From: Flavobacteriales bacterium
Lineage (GTDB): Bacteria > Bacteroidota > Bacteroidia > Flavobacteriales_F > PHOS-HE28
Assembly (NCBI GenBank): GCA_019638115.1
Contig: JAHBUK010000002.1
Coordinates: forward strand, 5,867-69,866
Direction: 5' to 3'
Length of the DNA stretch: 64,000 bases
Positions 25,929-36,097 of the stretch are shown here, piece by piece. The translations under genes and the position numbers were made by a program. A model generated the notes under the pieces. It saw only the letters and a program-made list of their open reading frames with translations, ran no database searches and was not told the origin of the DNA. Within the stretch, counting starts at the first letter, position 1. Each line of letters starts with the position of its first letter.

Positions 25929-26798
25929 TCAGAGCTCGCTGAGCAGGAAACGGTCCTTCACTCGCACACCCTTGTCGGTCTGTTGCACAGTGCAGCATTC
26001 GGTGTGTGCATCATGCTCGAAGAAGAGCACGTAGTCGTTCTTCGCCGCCACGTCCAGGAAGTCGCTCTTCTCATCGATGGTGAGCAGCGGGCGCGTATCG
26101 TAGCCCATCACCCAGGGGATCGGCAGGTGGTGCACGCTGGGCAGCAGGTCCGCCATGAAGACCACCGTGCGGCCCTTGTAGCGGATGTGCGGGATCATCA
26201 TCGCATCGGTGTGCCCGTTCACCAGGAACACATCGAAGTCGGGGAACACGTTGCGGATGTAGCAGTTCTCCTCGTTGCTGCGCCGGCCGATGTTCACGTG
26301 CTTCAGGCGCCCGCTCTCGGCGATGGGTTGGATGTTCTCTTTGAGGAAGGAGGCCTTCTCGCGGGCATTGGGTTTGGTGGCCCATTCCCAGTGGTACTCG
26401 TTGCTCCAATAGTGGGCATTGCGGAAGGTTGGTTCGAAACCGTCGCGCGCGCTGTTCCATTTCACGCTTCCGCCGCAGTGGTCGAAATGCAGGTGGGTGA
26501 GGAACACGTCCGTGATGTCGTCCGGGGTGAAGCCCAGCTTCCGGAGCGAGCTTTCCAACGTGGTCTCGCCGTGCGGCTCATAGTGCCCGAAGAACTTGGC
26601 GTCCTGCTTGTCGCCCATGCCGTTGTCGATCAGGATCAGCCGCTTGCCATCCTCCACCAGCAGGCAGCGCAGCGCCCAGGTGCAGAGGTTGTTGTCGTCA
26701 GGTGGCAGTTGTTTGCCCCAGAGCTTCTTGGGCACCACGCCGAACATGGCGCCGCCGTCCAACTTGAAGAAACCGGTATCGATGGTGTGGAGCTTCAT
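25929..26798 (-). CDS. MBL-fold metallo-hydrolase
   Basis: It has the THLHFDHCGG motif. I chose the start at MKLHTIDTGFFKLDGGAMFG. Confidence 0.8.
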   Translation of the reverse strand: MKLHTIDTGFFKLDGGAMFGVVPKKLWGKQLPPDDNNLCTWALRCLLVEDGKRLILIDNGMGDKQDAKFFGHYEPHGETTLESSLRKLGFTPDDITDVFLTHLHFDHCGGSVKWNSARDGFEPTFRNAHYWSNEYHWEWATKPNAREKASFLKENIQPIAESGRLKHVNIGRRSNEENCYIRNVFPDFDVFLVNGHTDAMMIPHIRYKGRTVVFMADLLPSVHHLPIPWVMGYDTRPLLTIDEKSDFLDVAAKNDYVLFFEHDAHTECCTVQQTDKGVRVKDRFLLSEL

Positions 26799-26999
26799 GG
26801 GGAACGAAGATCGGCCTTGTGGAACGGGTGGCCAAACAAGGTTCTCATGCATTGCGGCTTCGCGTTGTGAGGATGCGCACAGGGCTGCTATCGACAGCGG
26901 AAAGTTCATGATCGGACGGTCCGTGATGCGTTAGGCCTCACAACATTCGCGTGCTTCGCTCAGCGATCCTGAGCACCTGCGCTCAAGCACCCTGCGAAC

Positions 27000-28367
27000 A
27001 TGTCCTCCAAACGCGTCCACTTCATCGCCATCGGCGGCAGCGCCATGCACAACCTGGCCATCGCCCTGCACCAGCAAGGCTTCGATGTTACCGGCAGTGA
27101 CGACGAGATCTTCGAGCCCAGCCGCAGCCGCCTGGACCGCCTGGGTCTACTACCCGATAAGCTGGGCTGGCATCCGGAGGACATCACTTCGGACATCGGT
27201 GCGGTGATCCTGGGCATGCACGCCCGCATCGACAACCCCGAGCTGAAGCGTGCGCAGGAACTGGGCATTCCGGTGTTCAGCTACCCCGCCTACTTCCACG
27301 AGCGCACCCGCAACAAGACGCGTGTGGTGATCGGCGGCAGCCACGGCAAGACCACCATCACCAGCATGATCGTGCATGTGCTGCGCCACGCGGGTGTGGA
27401 GTTCGATTACCTGGTGGGTGCACAGCTCGAAGGCTTCGACTGTATGGTGAAGCTCAGCGATACCGCGCAGGTGGCCATCATCGAAGGCGACGAGTACCTC
27501 GCTTCGGCCTTGGAGCCCCTGCCGAAGTTCCACTTGTACAAGCCCGATATCGCGCTCATCAGCGGCATCGCGTGGGACCACATCAACGTGTTCAAGACCT
27601 TCGAGAGCTACGTGGACCAGTTCCGCAAGTTCATCGCCTGCATAGAGCCCGGAGGCAAGCTGGTGTATTGCGCGGAGGACGCCGAGGTGAAGCATCTGGC
27701 CGACGAGGCGTCCGCCGAACTGCCCAAGGTGGCCTACGGTGTTCCGGCGCACCGCATCTTGGATGGCCGTACGATCCTGGACACGGCGATGGGTGAGGTG
27801 CCCTTGCAGGTCTTCGGCAGGCACAACCTGCAGAACCTGGAGGGCGCGCGCCACGTGTGCCACCTGCTGGGCATCGGCGATGGCACGTTCTACCCGGCGA
27901 TCGCCACCTTCCAAGGCGCGGCACGGCGGCTGGAGAAGCTGGCCGAGGTGCCTGGGCGTGCGGTCTACAAGGACTTCGCGCATTCACCCAGCAAGCTGAA
28001 GGCGACAGTGCAGGCCGTGCGCGAGCAGTTCCCCGACCGGACGCTCACCGCATGCATGGAACTGCACACCTACAGCAGCCTCAGCGAAGGCTTTTTGGAC
28101 CAGTACGCCGGAAGCATGGACGCTGCCGATCGGGCCATCGTGTTCTACGATCCCCACGCTGTGCAGCTCAAGCGCCTGCCTGCGATCCCTGCGGAACGCA
28201 TCCAGCAGGCCTTCGGTCGTGCGGATGTGCAAGTGCTCACCGATCCCATTGCCGTTATGGGCGCTGTGCGCGGCGGCACTGTTGGCAAGGATGTGCTGCT
28301 GATGATGAGCAGCGGCAATTTCGGTGGGCTCGATCTGCAGGCGCTGAGCGAGGCCTTTATCGCATGA
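27000..28367 (+). CDS. mpl: UDP-N-acetylmuramate:L-alanyl-gamma-D-glutamyl-meso-DAP ligase (Mpl)
   Basis: It has the MSSKRVHFIAIGGSAMHNLAIAL N-terminus and the Mur-ligase P-loop GGSHGKTTITSM. Confidence 0.8.
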   Translation: MSSKRVHFIAIGGSAMHNLAIALHQQGFDVTGSDDEIFEPSRSRLDRLGLLPDKLGWHPEDITSDIGAVILGMHARIDNPELKRAQELGIPVFSYPAYFHERTRNKTRVVIGGSHGKTTITSMIVHVLRHAGVEFDYLVGAQLEGFDCMVKLSDTAQVAIIEGDEYLASALEPLPKFHLYKPDIALISGIAWDHINVFKTFESYVDQFRKFIACIEPGGKLVYCAEDAEVKHLADEASAELPKVAYGVPAHRILDGRTILDTAMGEVPLQVFGRHNLQNLEGARHVCHLLGIGDGTFYPAIATFQGAARRLEKLAEVPGRAVYKDFAHSPSKLKATVQAVREQFPDRTLTACMELHTYSSLSEGFLDQYAGSMDAADRAIVFYDPHAVQLKRLPAIPAERIQQAFGRADVQVLTDPIAVMGAVRGGTVGKDVLLMMSSGNFGGLDLQALSEAFIA

Positions 28368-28833
28368 AGCGACGCATCACCTTGTGGTGCAACAGGCCGA
28401 TCAGGAATGTCTGGAACGCGCTTACCATGAGCAGGGCGAAGAAGGTGATGGTGGCGTAGTTGAAGGGCGTGAAGAAGCGTTCCATGCGTTCGCGGATGAG
28501 TGCCTCGGGTTGCCCTTCGGAAACGCCGAGCGCCACGCGCTCCTCGATCTTGGCGCGGAACAGGTCTGCTTCCACGTGGGTGTAGTATTGCCACAGGAAG
28601 AAGCTCATGATCAGGGTATAGAGCGCCGCATTCTTGAAGCCTTCACGGAGCAGGTCGGGAAAGCCGCTGCTGCGGTCCTTCTGCAAAGTGCGCTGGCCGG
28701 TGAAGTAGACGATGGTGACGATGGCCAGAAAGTGGACCAGCATGAAATCCGTGCCTTCCGCCGGGCGTCCGTTGTAGAACAGCACCATGCGCAAGGTGAT
28801 GACGGATAGGGCCGTGAGGAGGGCGAGGAGCAT
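28357..28833 (-). CDS. hypothetical membrane protein (DUF4199-like)
   Basis: It has four hydrophobic segments, with Bacteroidota-type small membrane protein composition. Confidence 0.45.
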   Translation of the reverse strand: MLLALLTALSVITLRMVLFYNGRPAEGTDFMLVHFLAIVTIVYFTGQRTLQKDRSSGFPDLLREGFKNAALYTLIMSFFLWQYYTHVEADLFRAKIEERVALGVSEGQPEALIRERMERFFTPFNYATITFFALLMVSAFQTFLIGLLHHKVMRRFMR

Positions 28834-28902
28834 TGCCGCGCGGTGAAAGGACTGTTCGATTTGATCTGAATAGGAGGTCCGCTGCGTTGTTATCTGCGGA
28901 GG

Positions 28903-30822
28903 TTACCCATTCATCGACACCAAAAACTCCTCATTGCTCTTCGTCCCTTCCATGTGCTTCTTCACGAAATCCATGGCTTCCACGCTGTTCATGTCGGCCA
29001 AGTGCTTGCGCAGGATCCAGGTGCGTTGCAGCACGTCCTTGTGGTGCAGGAGGTCGTCGCGACGGGTACCGCTGCTGAGGATGTCGATCGCAGGGAACAC
29101 ACGGCGGTTGCTGATCTTGCGATCGAGCTGCAGTTCCATGTTGCCGGTGCCTTTGAATTCCTCGAAGATCACTTCGTCCATCTTGCTGCCGGTATCGATC
29201 AGCGCGGTGGCGAGGATCGTGAGGCTGCCGCCGTTCTCGATCTTGCGGGCCGCACCGAAGAAGCGCTTGGGCTTCTGCAGCGCATTGGCGTCCACACCAC
29301 CGCTGAGGATCTTGCCGCTGGCAGGCTGCACGGTGTTGTAGGCGCGGGCCAGTCGGGTGATGGAGTCGAGCAGGATCACCACATCGTGACCGCATTCCAC
29401 CATGGCCTTGGCCTTCTCCAGCACCAGGCCGGCAACTTGCACGTGGCGCGTTGCGGGCTCATCGAAAGTGCTTGCGATCACTTCCGCCTTCACGTTGCGC
29501 GCCATCTCGGTCACCTCCTCCGGACGCTCATCGATCAACAGCACGATGAGGTATACCTCCGGGTGGTTCTTGGCGATCGCGTTGGCCACGTCCTGCAGCA
29601 ACACGGTCTTACCGGTCTTGGGCTGCGCCACGATCAGGCCGCGTTGTCCTTTGCCGATGGGGGCGAAGAGGTCCAGCACGCGCATGCTGAGGTTGGCGCC
29701 CTGCTCCGCGAGGTTGAACTTCTCGTCGGGGAAGAGCGGCGTAAGGAACTTGAAGGGCACACGATCACGCACCCACTCAGGGTCGCGACCGTTGATGCTT
29801 TCCACCTTCACCAGCGGGAAGAACTTGTCGCCTTCGCGCGGCGGACGGACATAGCCGTGCACGGTATCGCCGAGCTTCAGGCCGTACTGCTTGATCTGCT
29901 GCTGGCTCACGTACACATCGTCGGGTGAGGCCAGGTAGTTGTAATCGCTGCTGCGCAGGAAACCGTATCCCTCGGGCATCACCTCCAGCACGCCGTCGGT
30001 CTCCACGAAGGCCTCGAAGTTGATCTGCTCGCGCTGCGGTTGGCGCTCTTGGCGTTCGTTGCGCTGCTGGTCGCGATCATGGCGCCCCTGCTGGTCGTTG
30101 CGGTTCTGCTCGCCGCGCTGCTGTTCCGGGCGTTGCTGTTCGCCGCGCTGTTGGTCGCCGCGGTTCTGCTCGCCACGTTGCTGTTCGTTGCGCGGGCGCT
30201 CGCCTTGTTGTTGCTGATCACGCTGCGGGCGTTCGGGACGGCGTTGGTCGCGGCGGTCGCGGTCGTCGTTGCGCGCGCCGCCTGCCTCGGGTTGTGCAGG
30301 TCGGTCCCCGCGCTGTTCGCGGCGGTCCTGGCGTTGCTCGGGCTGGCGTCGTTCGTTGCGTTGGTCTCGGTCGCGACGCTCGCGCACCGGGGGCGCTTCT
30401 GGTGCATCGGAAGCTTGCGGCAGCTCAGCGGGTGCGGCCTCTTCCTTCACGCTTGAAGCTGGGCGCTCGTCCTCCTCCTCGTCATCGTCGTCATCCTCAT
30501 CATCGTCATCATCATCATCATCGTCGTCATCATCGTCATCCTCATCGGCATTGCTGAAGAGTCCTTCATCCAGGGTGGCGGGTTCGGGATCCTCCTCCGG
30601 CACCACCTCGTCGGCCGTGGCCATTTCGGCTATTGCTTGCTCATCACCCACGAATGTGGGGCCGATCGGTTTTTCGCGGGCCTGGTGCTTCTCCTGTTCT
30701 TCCAGGATCTTGGCGATGAGGTCCTGCTTCTTGAGCGTTTCGGCCTTCTTCAGGTTGAGCGCCTTGGCGATCTCCTTCAGTTCGGCGAGCTTCATGGCGC
30801 TCAATTTCGACTGGTCGTACAT
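28903..30822 (-). CDS. rho: transcription termination factor Rho with large disordered N-terminal insertion
   Basis: It has the N-terminus [24 protein letters not shown]. It has a poly-D/E tract followed by an RQ-rich repeat region. The C-terminal RecA-like ATPase has [15 protein letters not shown]. Confidence 0.9.
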   Translation of the reverse strand: MYDQSKLSAMKLAELKEIAKALNLKKAETLKKQDLIAKILEEQEKHQAREKPIGPTFVGDEQAIAEMATADEVVPEEDPEPATLDEGLFSNADEDDDDDDDDDDDDDDEDDDDDEEEDERPASSVKEEAAPAELPQASDAPEAPPVRERRDRDQRNERRQPEQRQDRREQRGDRPAQPEAGGARNDDRDRRDQRRPERPQRDQQQQGERPRNEQQRGEQNRGDQQRGEQQRPEQQRGEQNRNDQQGRHDRDQQRNERQERQPQREQINFEAFVETDGVLEVMPEGYGFLRSSDYNYLASPDDVYVSQQQIKQYGLKLGDTVHGYVRPPREGDKFFPLVKVESINGRDPEWVRDRVPFKFLTPLFPDEKFNLAEQGANLSMRVLDLFAPIGKGQRGLIVAQPKTGKTVLLQDVANAIAKNHPEVYLIVLLIDERPEEVTEMARNVKAEVIASTFDEPATRHVQVAGLVLEKAKAMVECGHDVVILLDSITRLARAYNTVQPASGKILSGGVDANALQKPKRFFGAARKIENGGSLTILATALIDTGSKMDEVIFEEFKGTGNMELQLDRKISNRRVFPAIDILSSGTRRDDLLHHKDVLQRTWILRKHLADMNSVEAMDFVKKHMEGTKSNEEFLVSMNG

Positions 30823-31105
30823 GGACGAAGGGAATGAATGATTGGGAGGGAAAGGACCCGGGTCGGGTCACTTCTGTGGAGCCTTGCGGCTGCTGGGAAA
30901 ACCGTGATGAGGAACGTTGGAAAGGTGCGGAACGGGCTCAACATCAACCCATCATATGCAACACACCTTGTATTGATGCGGTGCAATGTTAACGCCTTCG
31001 GCCGAACTGACGCGCTTGCTCCGACGAAAAAGCGACATCCGGGCATCGGCACCATGGCACTTCTACCTTTGCCGCCCCCGGAGCCCATCCGGGAACCCTG
31101 GTACC

Positions 31106-31579
31106 ATGTGGCAACGCAAACAATCCCTTTTCCTGCTTCTCGCCGGCCTGCTGGCCCTCTCCACCTGGCTGTTCCCCATAGCCACATTCGAGCGTGCCGA
31201 TGGGGTGCATGCCCTGCGCACCACGGGCATCTTCGGGCCTGACGGCGTGGAGAACGCGGAACGTGCACCCATGCTGCCTTTCCACCTGCTGCACTCCATC
31301 CTTGGTGCGGCCTTGCTGGTAAGTATCCTGCTTTATGGCAAGCGCTTGCGGCAGGCTGCGGTGGTGCGTGGTACCTACCTGATCACCTTGGCCGTCATCG
31401 CCTTCCAATACATCACGCGCAACTCCACGTTGGCCTACTTGGCGGAGAAGGGTGCTGTGGATGCCAGCTACGGCCTCTCGTTCTATGCGCCGATCATTGG
31501 TTTGGTGCTGGCGTTCCTGGCCGAGCGCGCCATCCGTTCCGATGAGGCGCTGGTGCGCAGCATGGACCGCCTGCGCTGA
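31106..31579 (+). CDS. hypothetical membrane protein (DUF4293-like)
   Basis: It reads MWQRKQSLFLLLAGLLAL and is polytopic. Confidence 0.5.
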   Translation: MWQRKQSLFLLLAGLLALSTWLFPIATFERADGVHALRTTGIFGPDGVENAERAPMLPFHLLHSILGAALLVSILLYGKRLRQAAVVRGTYLITLAVIAFQYITRNSTLAYLAEKGAVDASYGLSFYAPIIGLVLAFLAERAIRSDEALVRSMDRLR

Positions 31580-31591
31580 TCCAGCTTCCGC

Positions 31592-33160
31592 TCAGCGCGC
31601 GATCTCCACCAACAGCGAAGTGCTGCTTTCACCGGCGCGCAGCACCAGAAGGTAGGTACCTGCCGCAACGCCCTGCACGTCCAGTTCCCAGGTCGCTTCG
31701 CCGTAAGTATTCCGCAGGTCGCGACCGCTCACCTTGTTGCCCCGCAGGTCGAAGAGTTCAGCGATGATGCGCTGCTGAACACAATCGCCCAATTTCACGA
31801 AGAGCTTGTCCTGCGTGGGGTTCGGGAAGATCTCCGCGCGGCAGGGGAAGCGGTGCAGGTGCTCCTCCACGCCCACGAGGCTCGCCAGGTTGAAGGTATC
31901 CGCCCCGGCATTGATGGGCTCCGCGAGCATGGCGGCAGCGGCGAGCACGGCCTTGGTGCTGTTGGTGAAGAACTCCATGTCCAGCGTGGCCACCACGTCG
32001 TTCGGGGTGTGGTAGTTGGCGTTGCGGAACTCGCTACCGTCGGTGAGCATCAGCGCCTTCATGCCGGCATCCCAGAAGCGCGAATGGTCGCTGCGGCGCA
32101 GGTCGGGTGCGATCTGTCCGTTGCCGGGAACGTTCAAGGCGATGCGCTTCAGTTGCGGAACGTGCGTATCGCAGGCTTGCAGGAAGGCGTCGCTCAGCGG
32201 AACGGACACGGCATTGCCCACCACCGTGAGGAAATTGCCCCGGTATTCATCCGCTTCCAACGCAGCGATGGCATTCGGGAAAAGGATGTTGAAGCCGGCC
32301 GGCACGCTCTGGCTGTTGGGCACATCGCTGTAGTAGCCGATCATCTCCATGTTCAGCACGCCTTCCACCTGCTCCCACGCGGGAATGCCGCTCTGCACAT
32401 AGTAGCCGGAGCCTACGAGTCCTTGCTCCTCGTAGGAGAAGCCGATGAAGCGCAAACTGTTGCGGAAGCGGTACTGCCCAAGGATGCGCGCGATCTCCAA
32501 CGTGGCGGCCACACCGGTGGCATTGTCGTCCGCACCGGCCGTGTTGCTCACTGCATCGTAGTGGCCATCCACGATGTAGGTGCGGTGGTCGTTCACCAGG
32601 CCGGCATTGCGCCCGATCACGTTGGGAACACTGGTGCCGAGGAAGTTCACCGTTTGCGTAGTCACCTCCAGGCCGGCAGCACCGAAAGCGTTCAACAGGC
32701 TATCGCGAATGGCCGCAATGCCTTCCGGGTGACTGCTGTGGTGGCGGGGAATGGCCACGTTGTTCAAGCGTTGGGTCATGCGTGCGAGGTCCACCTGTTC
32801 CACCATCTCCTGGATGCTGGGCGCATGGCCATCATCCGCCACCACCAGTATGCGTGATGCGTAGATGTCGGGCAGTGCGCCATAGTTCCACGTGATCGTT
32901 CGGCCGCTGCCGGGTGCGATCCCCGCGCCGATGTCACCGCTAACAGCGCTCACATCGGCGGTGAAGCTGGCACCGTCCGTGGAGGCCTTGAAGAGCACGG
33001 TGCACGGGTCGTTCTCGGCATCGGCCAGGTCGTAGCTCACGCTGACGGTGCTGGCACCTTCATCCACCAGCACGTTGGTGATGGTGACCGAGGGTGCAGC
33101 GTTCTGTGCGAACGCAGCGCTGGTGAAGAGCAGGAAGGCTGGAAGTACGGTGCGCAACAT
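31592..33160 (-). CDS. M28 family zinc peptidase with T9SS C-terminal sorting domain
   Basis: It has the signal MLRTVLPAFLLFTSAAFAQ. It has the M28 region (IVDGHYDAVS...AGADDNATGVA...FSYEEQGLVGS). The C-terminus GTYLLVLRAGESSTSLLVEIAR is a T9SS sorting domain. Confidence 0.8.
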   Translation of the reverse strand: MLRTVLPAFLLFTSAAFAQNAAPSVTITNVLVDEGASTVSVSYDLADAENDPCTVLFKASTDGASFTADVSAVSGDIGAGIAPGSGRTITWNYGALPDIYASRILVVADDGHAPSIQEMVEQVDLARMTQRLNNVAIPRHHSSHPEGIAAIRDSLLNAFGAAGLEVTTQTVNFLGTSVPNVIGRNAGLVNDHRTYIVDGHYDAVSNTAGADDNATGVAATLEIARILGQYRFRNSLRFIGFSYEEQGLVGSGYYVQSGIPAWEQVEGVLNMEMIGYYSDVPNSQSVPAGFNILFPNAIAALEADEYRGNFLTVVGNAVSVPLSDAFLQACDTHVPQLKRIALNVPGNGQIAPDLRRSDHSRFWDAGMKALMLTDGSEFRNANYHTPNDVVATLDMEFFTNSTKAVLAAAAMLAEPINAGADTFNLASLVGVEEHLHRFPCRAEIFPNPTQDKLFVKLGDCVQQRIIAELFDLRGNKVSGRDLRNTYGEATWELDVQGVAAGTYLLVLRAGESSTSLLVEIAR

Positions 33161-33204
33161 GGCTTGGACGGATGGGTGTTCCGGCCAAGATAGCCCCAGC
33201 GGGA

Positions 33205-33987
33205 TCAACCGCGCTTGGCCGTGGCCGCCTTGAACTTGGCGATGGCGTTCCGCGTGAACTCGGAGAGCACCAAACGACCGGAGATCGCCGCACGCTCGGC
33301 GAGGAGCCGGTCCCAATCCTCTGTGCCGCGCCACATCACGCGCTTCAACTCGGCCATGGCCTCTGGGCTGTATGCCGCCAGCTCGTGCGCCAGTTCATTC
33401 AAGCGGATGTCGAGCGTGCCCACATGGCTGAACAGTTCGCTGAAGAGCCCATGGCGTTCGCACCAATGCGAGTCGCGGCGCGTGGCGGGCGTGGCGCTCA
33501 TCAGCCCGAAGGCCCCGGCACCCACCTTGCGTTCCACTGCGGGACCCACCACGAAGGGGCCGATGCCGATGGCCAGTTCGCTCAGGCGTGCCGTGGCTTC
33601 CTCGTGCGCCAGGGCGAAGTCCACCGCAGCTGCAAGACCCACACCTCCGCCCACGCAATGCGCATGGATGCGGCCGATGACGAAGACCGGTGCCTTGCGG
33701 ATGGCGTTGATCACCAAGGCGAATCCACTGAAGAATTCCAGGCCTTTCGCTTCATCCTCGATGGCCACCAGCTCATCGAAACTGGCACCGGCACAAAAGG
33801 CCTTGTCGCCTTCGCTGCGCAGGATGATGACGCGCACCTGCGGGTCCATGCCACATTGTTCGATGGCCTGTGCCATGCCGCGCAGGATGTGGCCGGGCAG
33901 GCTGTTGCTCTTGGGGTGGTGGAAGGTGACGGTGGCGATGCCATCCTTCACATCTGAATTCACGTAGCCGTCGCTCATGGATGCCAA
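33205..33987 (-). CDS. enoyl-CoA hydratase/isomerase (crotonase) family protein
   Basis: It has the crotonase fold motifs (KAFCAGASFDE, IHAHCVGGGVGLA). Confidence 0.8.
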   Translation of the reverse strand: MASMSDGYVNSDVKDGIATVTFHHPKSNSLPGHILRGMAQAIEQCGMDPQVRVIILRSEGDKAFCAGASFDELVAIEDEAKGLEFFSGFALVINAIRKAPVFVIGRIHAHCVGGGVGLAAAVDFALAHEEATARLSELAIGIGPFVVGPAVERKVGAGAFGLMSATPATRRDSHWCERHGLFSELFSHVGTLDIRLNELAHELAAYSPEAMAELKRVMWRGTEDWDRLLAERAAISGRLVLSEFTRNAIAKFKAATAKRG

Positions 33988-34038
33988 TGGTATGAGGGCG
34001 CGAAGTTCGGCCTCTTCGTCATTCCCACGAAGCGATCC

Positions 34039-34815
34039 CTATCGTACGCCATCCAACCACTCCTTGAAGCCCCGTGCCTTCTCACGGCTCACCATCACCT
34101 CGGTGGGTGCGGCTGGCTTCAGTTCCACCTTCAGCTTGCCGTTGAAGTGTTGGTGTACCACGGCGATGCACTGCACACAGGCGATGCACTGGCGGTTGAG
34201 GCGATGAAAGACCGTTGGGTCCAGTTGCTGCTCGATCTCGTCCAGCGGCTGGTCCAGCAGGTGGCGCTTGCCGTCGCGTGTGTGCAGTTCGGTCGTGCCT
34301 TCGCTGCTGAGGAAGTAGGCGATGTCGCGCGTGGGCACCGGCAGCAGCTTGGTGCCGAGCTTCACCAGGAAACGTTCGCGGTAGCTGGTTTTCGTGCCGT
34401 TCACCGCGGCCAGGAGGCGCTCGATGTCCGGCAGGGCGGGCGCTGTGCTGCGTTGCACAAGTGCCTCGAACTTGGCGATGCTGCGCGCCAGGTCCTCCTC
34501 TTCCACGGGCTTCAGCAGGTAGTCGATGCCGTTGGTGCGGAAGGCCTCCAGCATGTACGCATCGTAGGCCGTGGTGAAGACGATGGGGCAGGGGGGCGGC
34601 AACTGCCGGTAGATCTCGAAGCTGAGCCCGTCGCTGAGCTGTATGTCGCTGAAGATGAGCTCTGGCGCGGGGTTGGCGGGGAACCAATCCAGCGCCGCTT
34701 CGATGCTGTCCAGTACGTCCACCACTTCCAAGCCGGGATGATGCTGCGCCAACAAGCCGCTCAGCCTGCGGTAGGCCGGGGCTTCGTCTTCGATGATCAG
34801 GGTGCGGCGCTTCAC
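34039..34815 (-). CDS. LytTR family two-component response regulator
   Basis: It has a REC domain (MKRRTLIIEDE...DVLD) and a C-terminal LytTR DNA-binding domain. Confidence 0.85.
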   Translation of the reverse strand: MKRRTLIIEDEAPAYRRLSGLLAQHHPGLEVVDVLDSIEAALDWFPANPAPELIFSDIQLSDGLSFEIYRQLPPPCPIVFTTAYDAYMLEAFRTNGIDYLLKPVEEEDLARSIAKFEALVQRSTAPALPDIERLLAAVNGTKTSYRERFLVKLGTKLLPVPTRDIAYFLSSEGTTELHTRDGKRHLLDQPLDEIEQQLDPTVFHRLNRQCIACVQCIAVVHQHFNGKLKVELKPAAPTEVMVSREKARGFKEWLDGVR

Positions 34816-35849
34816 GCGTGTACAGGTGTACGTTCGCTTAACTCCAACAAGGGCAGCGCCACCAGGAAGTGTTCGCGCGTTTCGATCACGTCCACCGGCC
34901 GGTCGCTGAGGATGGCGTAGCGCTGCTTCACGTTGCTGAGCCCGGTGCCGGTGCCTTCCACGCTGCCCTGCTTGCGGCGCAGGTTGTTGCGCACCACCAG
35001 CGTGCGGCCGTTCTCCACGTGGATGTCCACCTGCAGCGGATGGGCCAGCGAGGCCACATTGTGCTTCAGCGCGTTCTCCAACAGCAGTTGCAGGCTCAGC
35101 GGCGCCACCAGCAGGCGGCGGTGTTCAGGTTCCACCGCCACGGTGATGTGCAGCGCCTCCTCGAAACGCACCTTCATCAGGTGGATGTAGGCCTCGGTGA
35201 AATCCAGTTCCGTGCCCAGGTCAACCACTTCCTTGTCCTTGTGCTGCAGGATGTAGCGGTACACATGGCCCAATGCCTTGGTGAAACGCACGGCCTGCGT
35301 GGGATCCTCGGGGATCAGGGCCACCAGCGTGTTCAGGCTGTTGAAGAGGAAGTGCGGGCTCACCTGGTTGCGCAGGATGTCCAGCTCGGCGCGCAATTGT
35401 CGGCTCTTCAGCGCTTCGGCCTCGATGGCCTGCCGCTTCCACATTTGGAAGAAGTAGCCAGCTTCGTAGAGCGTGCCGATCAGCGCCGTTGTTGCGAAGC
35501 ATTTGATCAAGTTCCCGCGCCATTCGCCGTTGGTGTAGGCGTTCTCTTGGAGGCCCAACGCATCCAGCGCGGTGCAAGTGAACATGTCAACGACGAGGAT
35601 GTAGGCGCTTAGCGCCAGGACGGTGAGCCCGATCCGCTGTGCGGTGCGCTCGAACCCGGGGAAACGGCGGCGGAAGTGTGAGATGATCATGAAGCAGCCT
35701 TGCCAGATGAGACCCGTAATGAGCAGGGTGACACCAAAGTCGAGCAAGTTCAAGCCCCTGTCGTGGGAAAGTACGCTCAGGATCAGCGCCACCAGCGGGA
35801 TGCCGATGATGCGGGGCCAGGGCTCGCGGAAGGGGTGAAAGGGCTGCAT
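34812..35849 (-). CDS. sensor histidine kinase (LytS/YehU-type, His_kinase PF06580)
   Basis: It has polytopic N-terminal helices, the H-box FLFNSLNTL, and an HATPase C-terminus. It overlaps the regulator start by 4 nt. Confidence 0.8.
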   Translation of the reverse strand: MQPFHPFREPWPRIIGIPLVALILSVLSHDRGLNLLDFGVTLLITGLIWQGCFMIISHFRRRFPGFERTAQRIGLTVLALSAYILVVDMFTCTALDALGLQENAYTNGEWRGNLIKCFATTALIGTLYEAGYFFQMWKRQAIEAEALKSRQLRAELDILRNQVSPHFLFNSLNTLVALIPEDPTQAVRFTKALGHVYRYILQHKDKEVVDLGTELDFTEAYIHLMKVRFEEALHITVAVEPEHRRLLVAPLSLQLLLENALKHNVASLAHPLQVDIHVENGRTLVVRNNLRRKQGSVEGTGTGLSNVKQRYAILSDRPVDVIETREHFLVALPLLELSERTPVHA

Positions 35850-36097
35850 GCGTTGCGGTCCCGAAAGTAGCGCCGGGCAACGCGTGCTGTCGAGCCATGG
35901 GGGATGGAACAGCGGATGCGGGGGCTGAAGCGTAGGAGTCAGGGGATGAAGCGGAGGATATGTTCCCGGTGAGGATGCCGCGCGTTCCAACAGGCCTTTC
36001 CGGCGCTTCAGCAGGGAGGTCCTTCGCTCCACGGGAAAGGCATGGACATAGGGTGGAAGGTCCGGCCACTTTCGCCACCGGAACAAACCCCGAAGCC

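Noticed and set aside
25284-26870. 528-aa + strand ORF
   Set aside because: It is antisense to the SRAP and MBL-hydrolase genes and has no recognisable motifs.
35850-36097. Possible cobalamin riboswitch upstream of the TonB-dependent receptor
   Set aside because: There is only weak resemblance to the B12 box (GAAGGTCCGGCC). The receptor has a CarboxypepD_reg N-terminus rather than BtuB features, so I did not call it.
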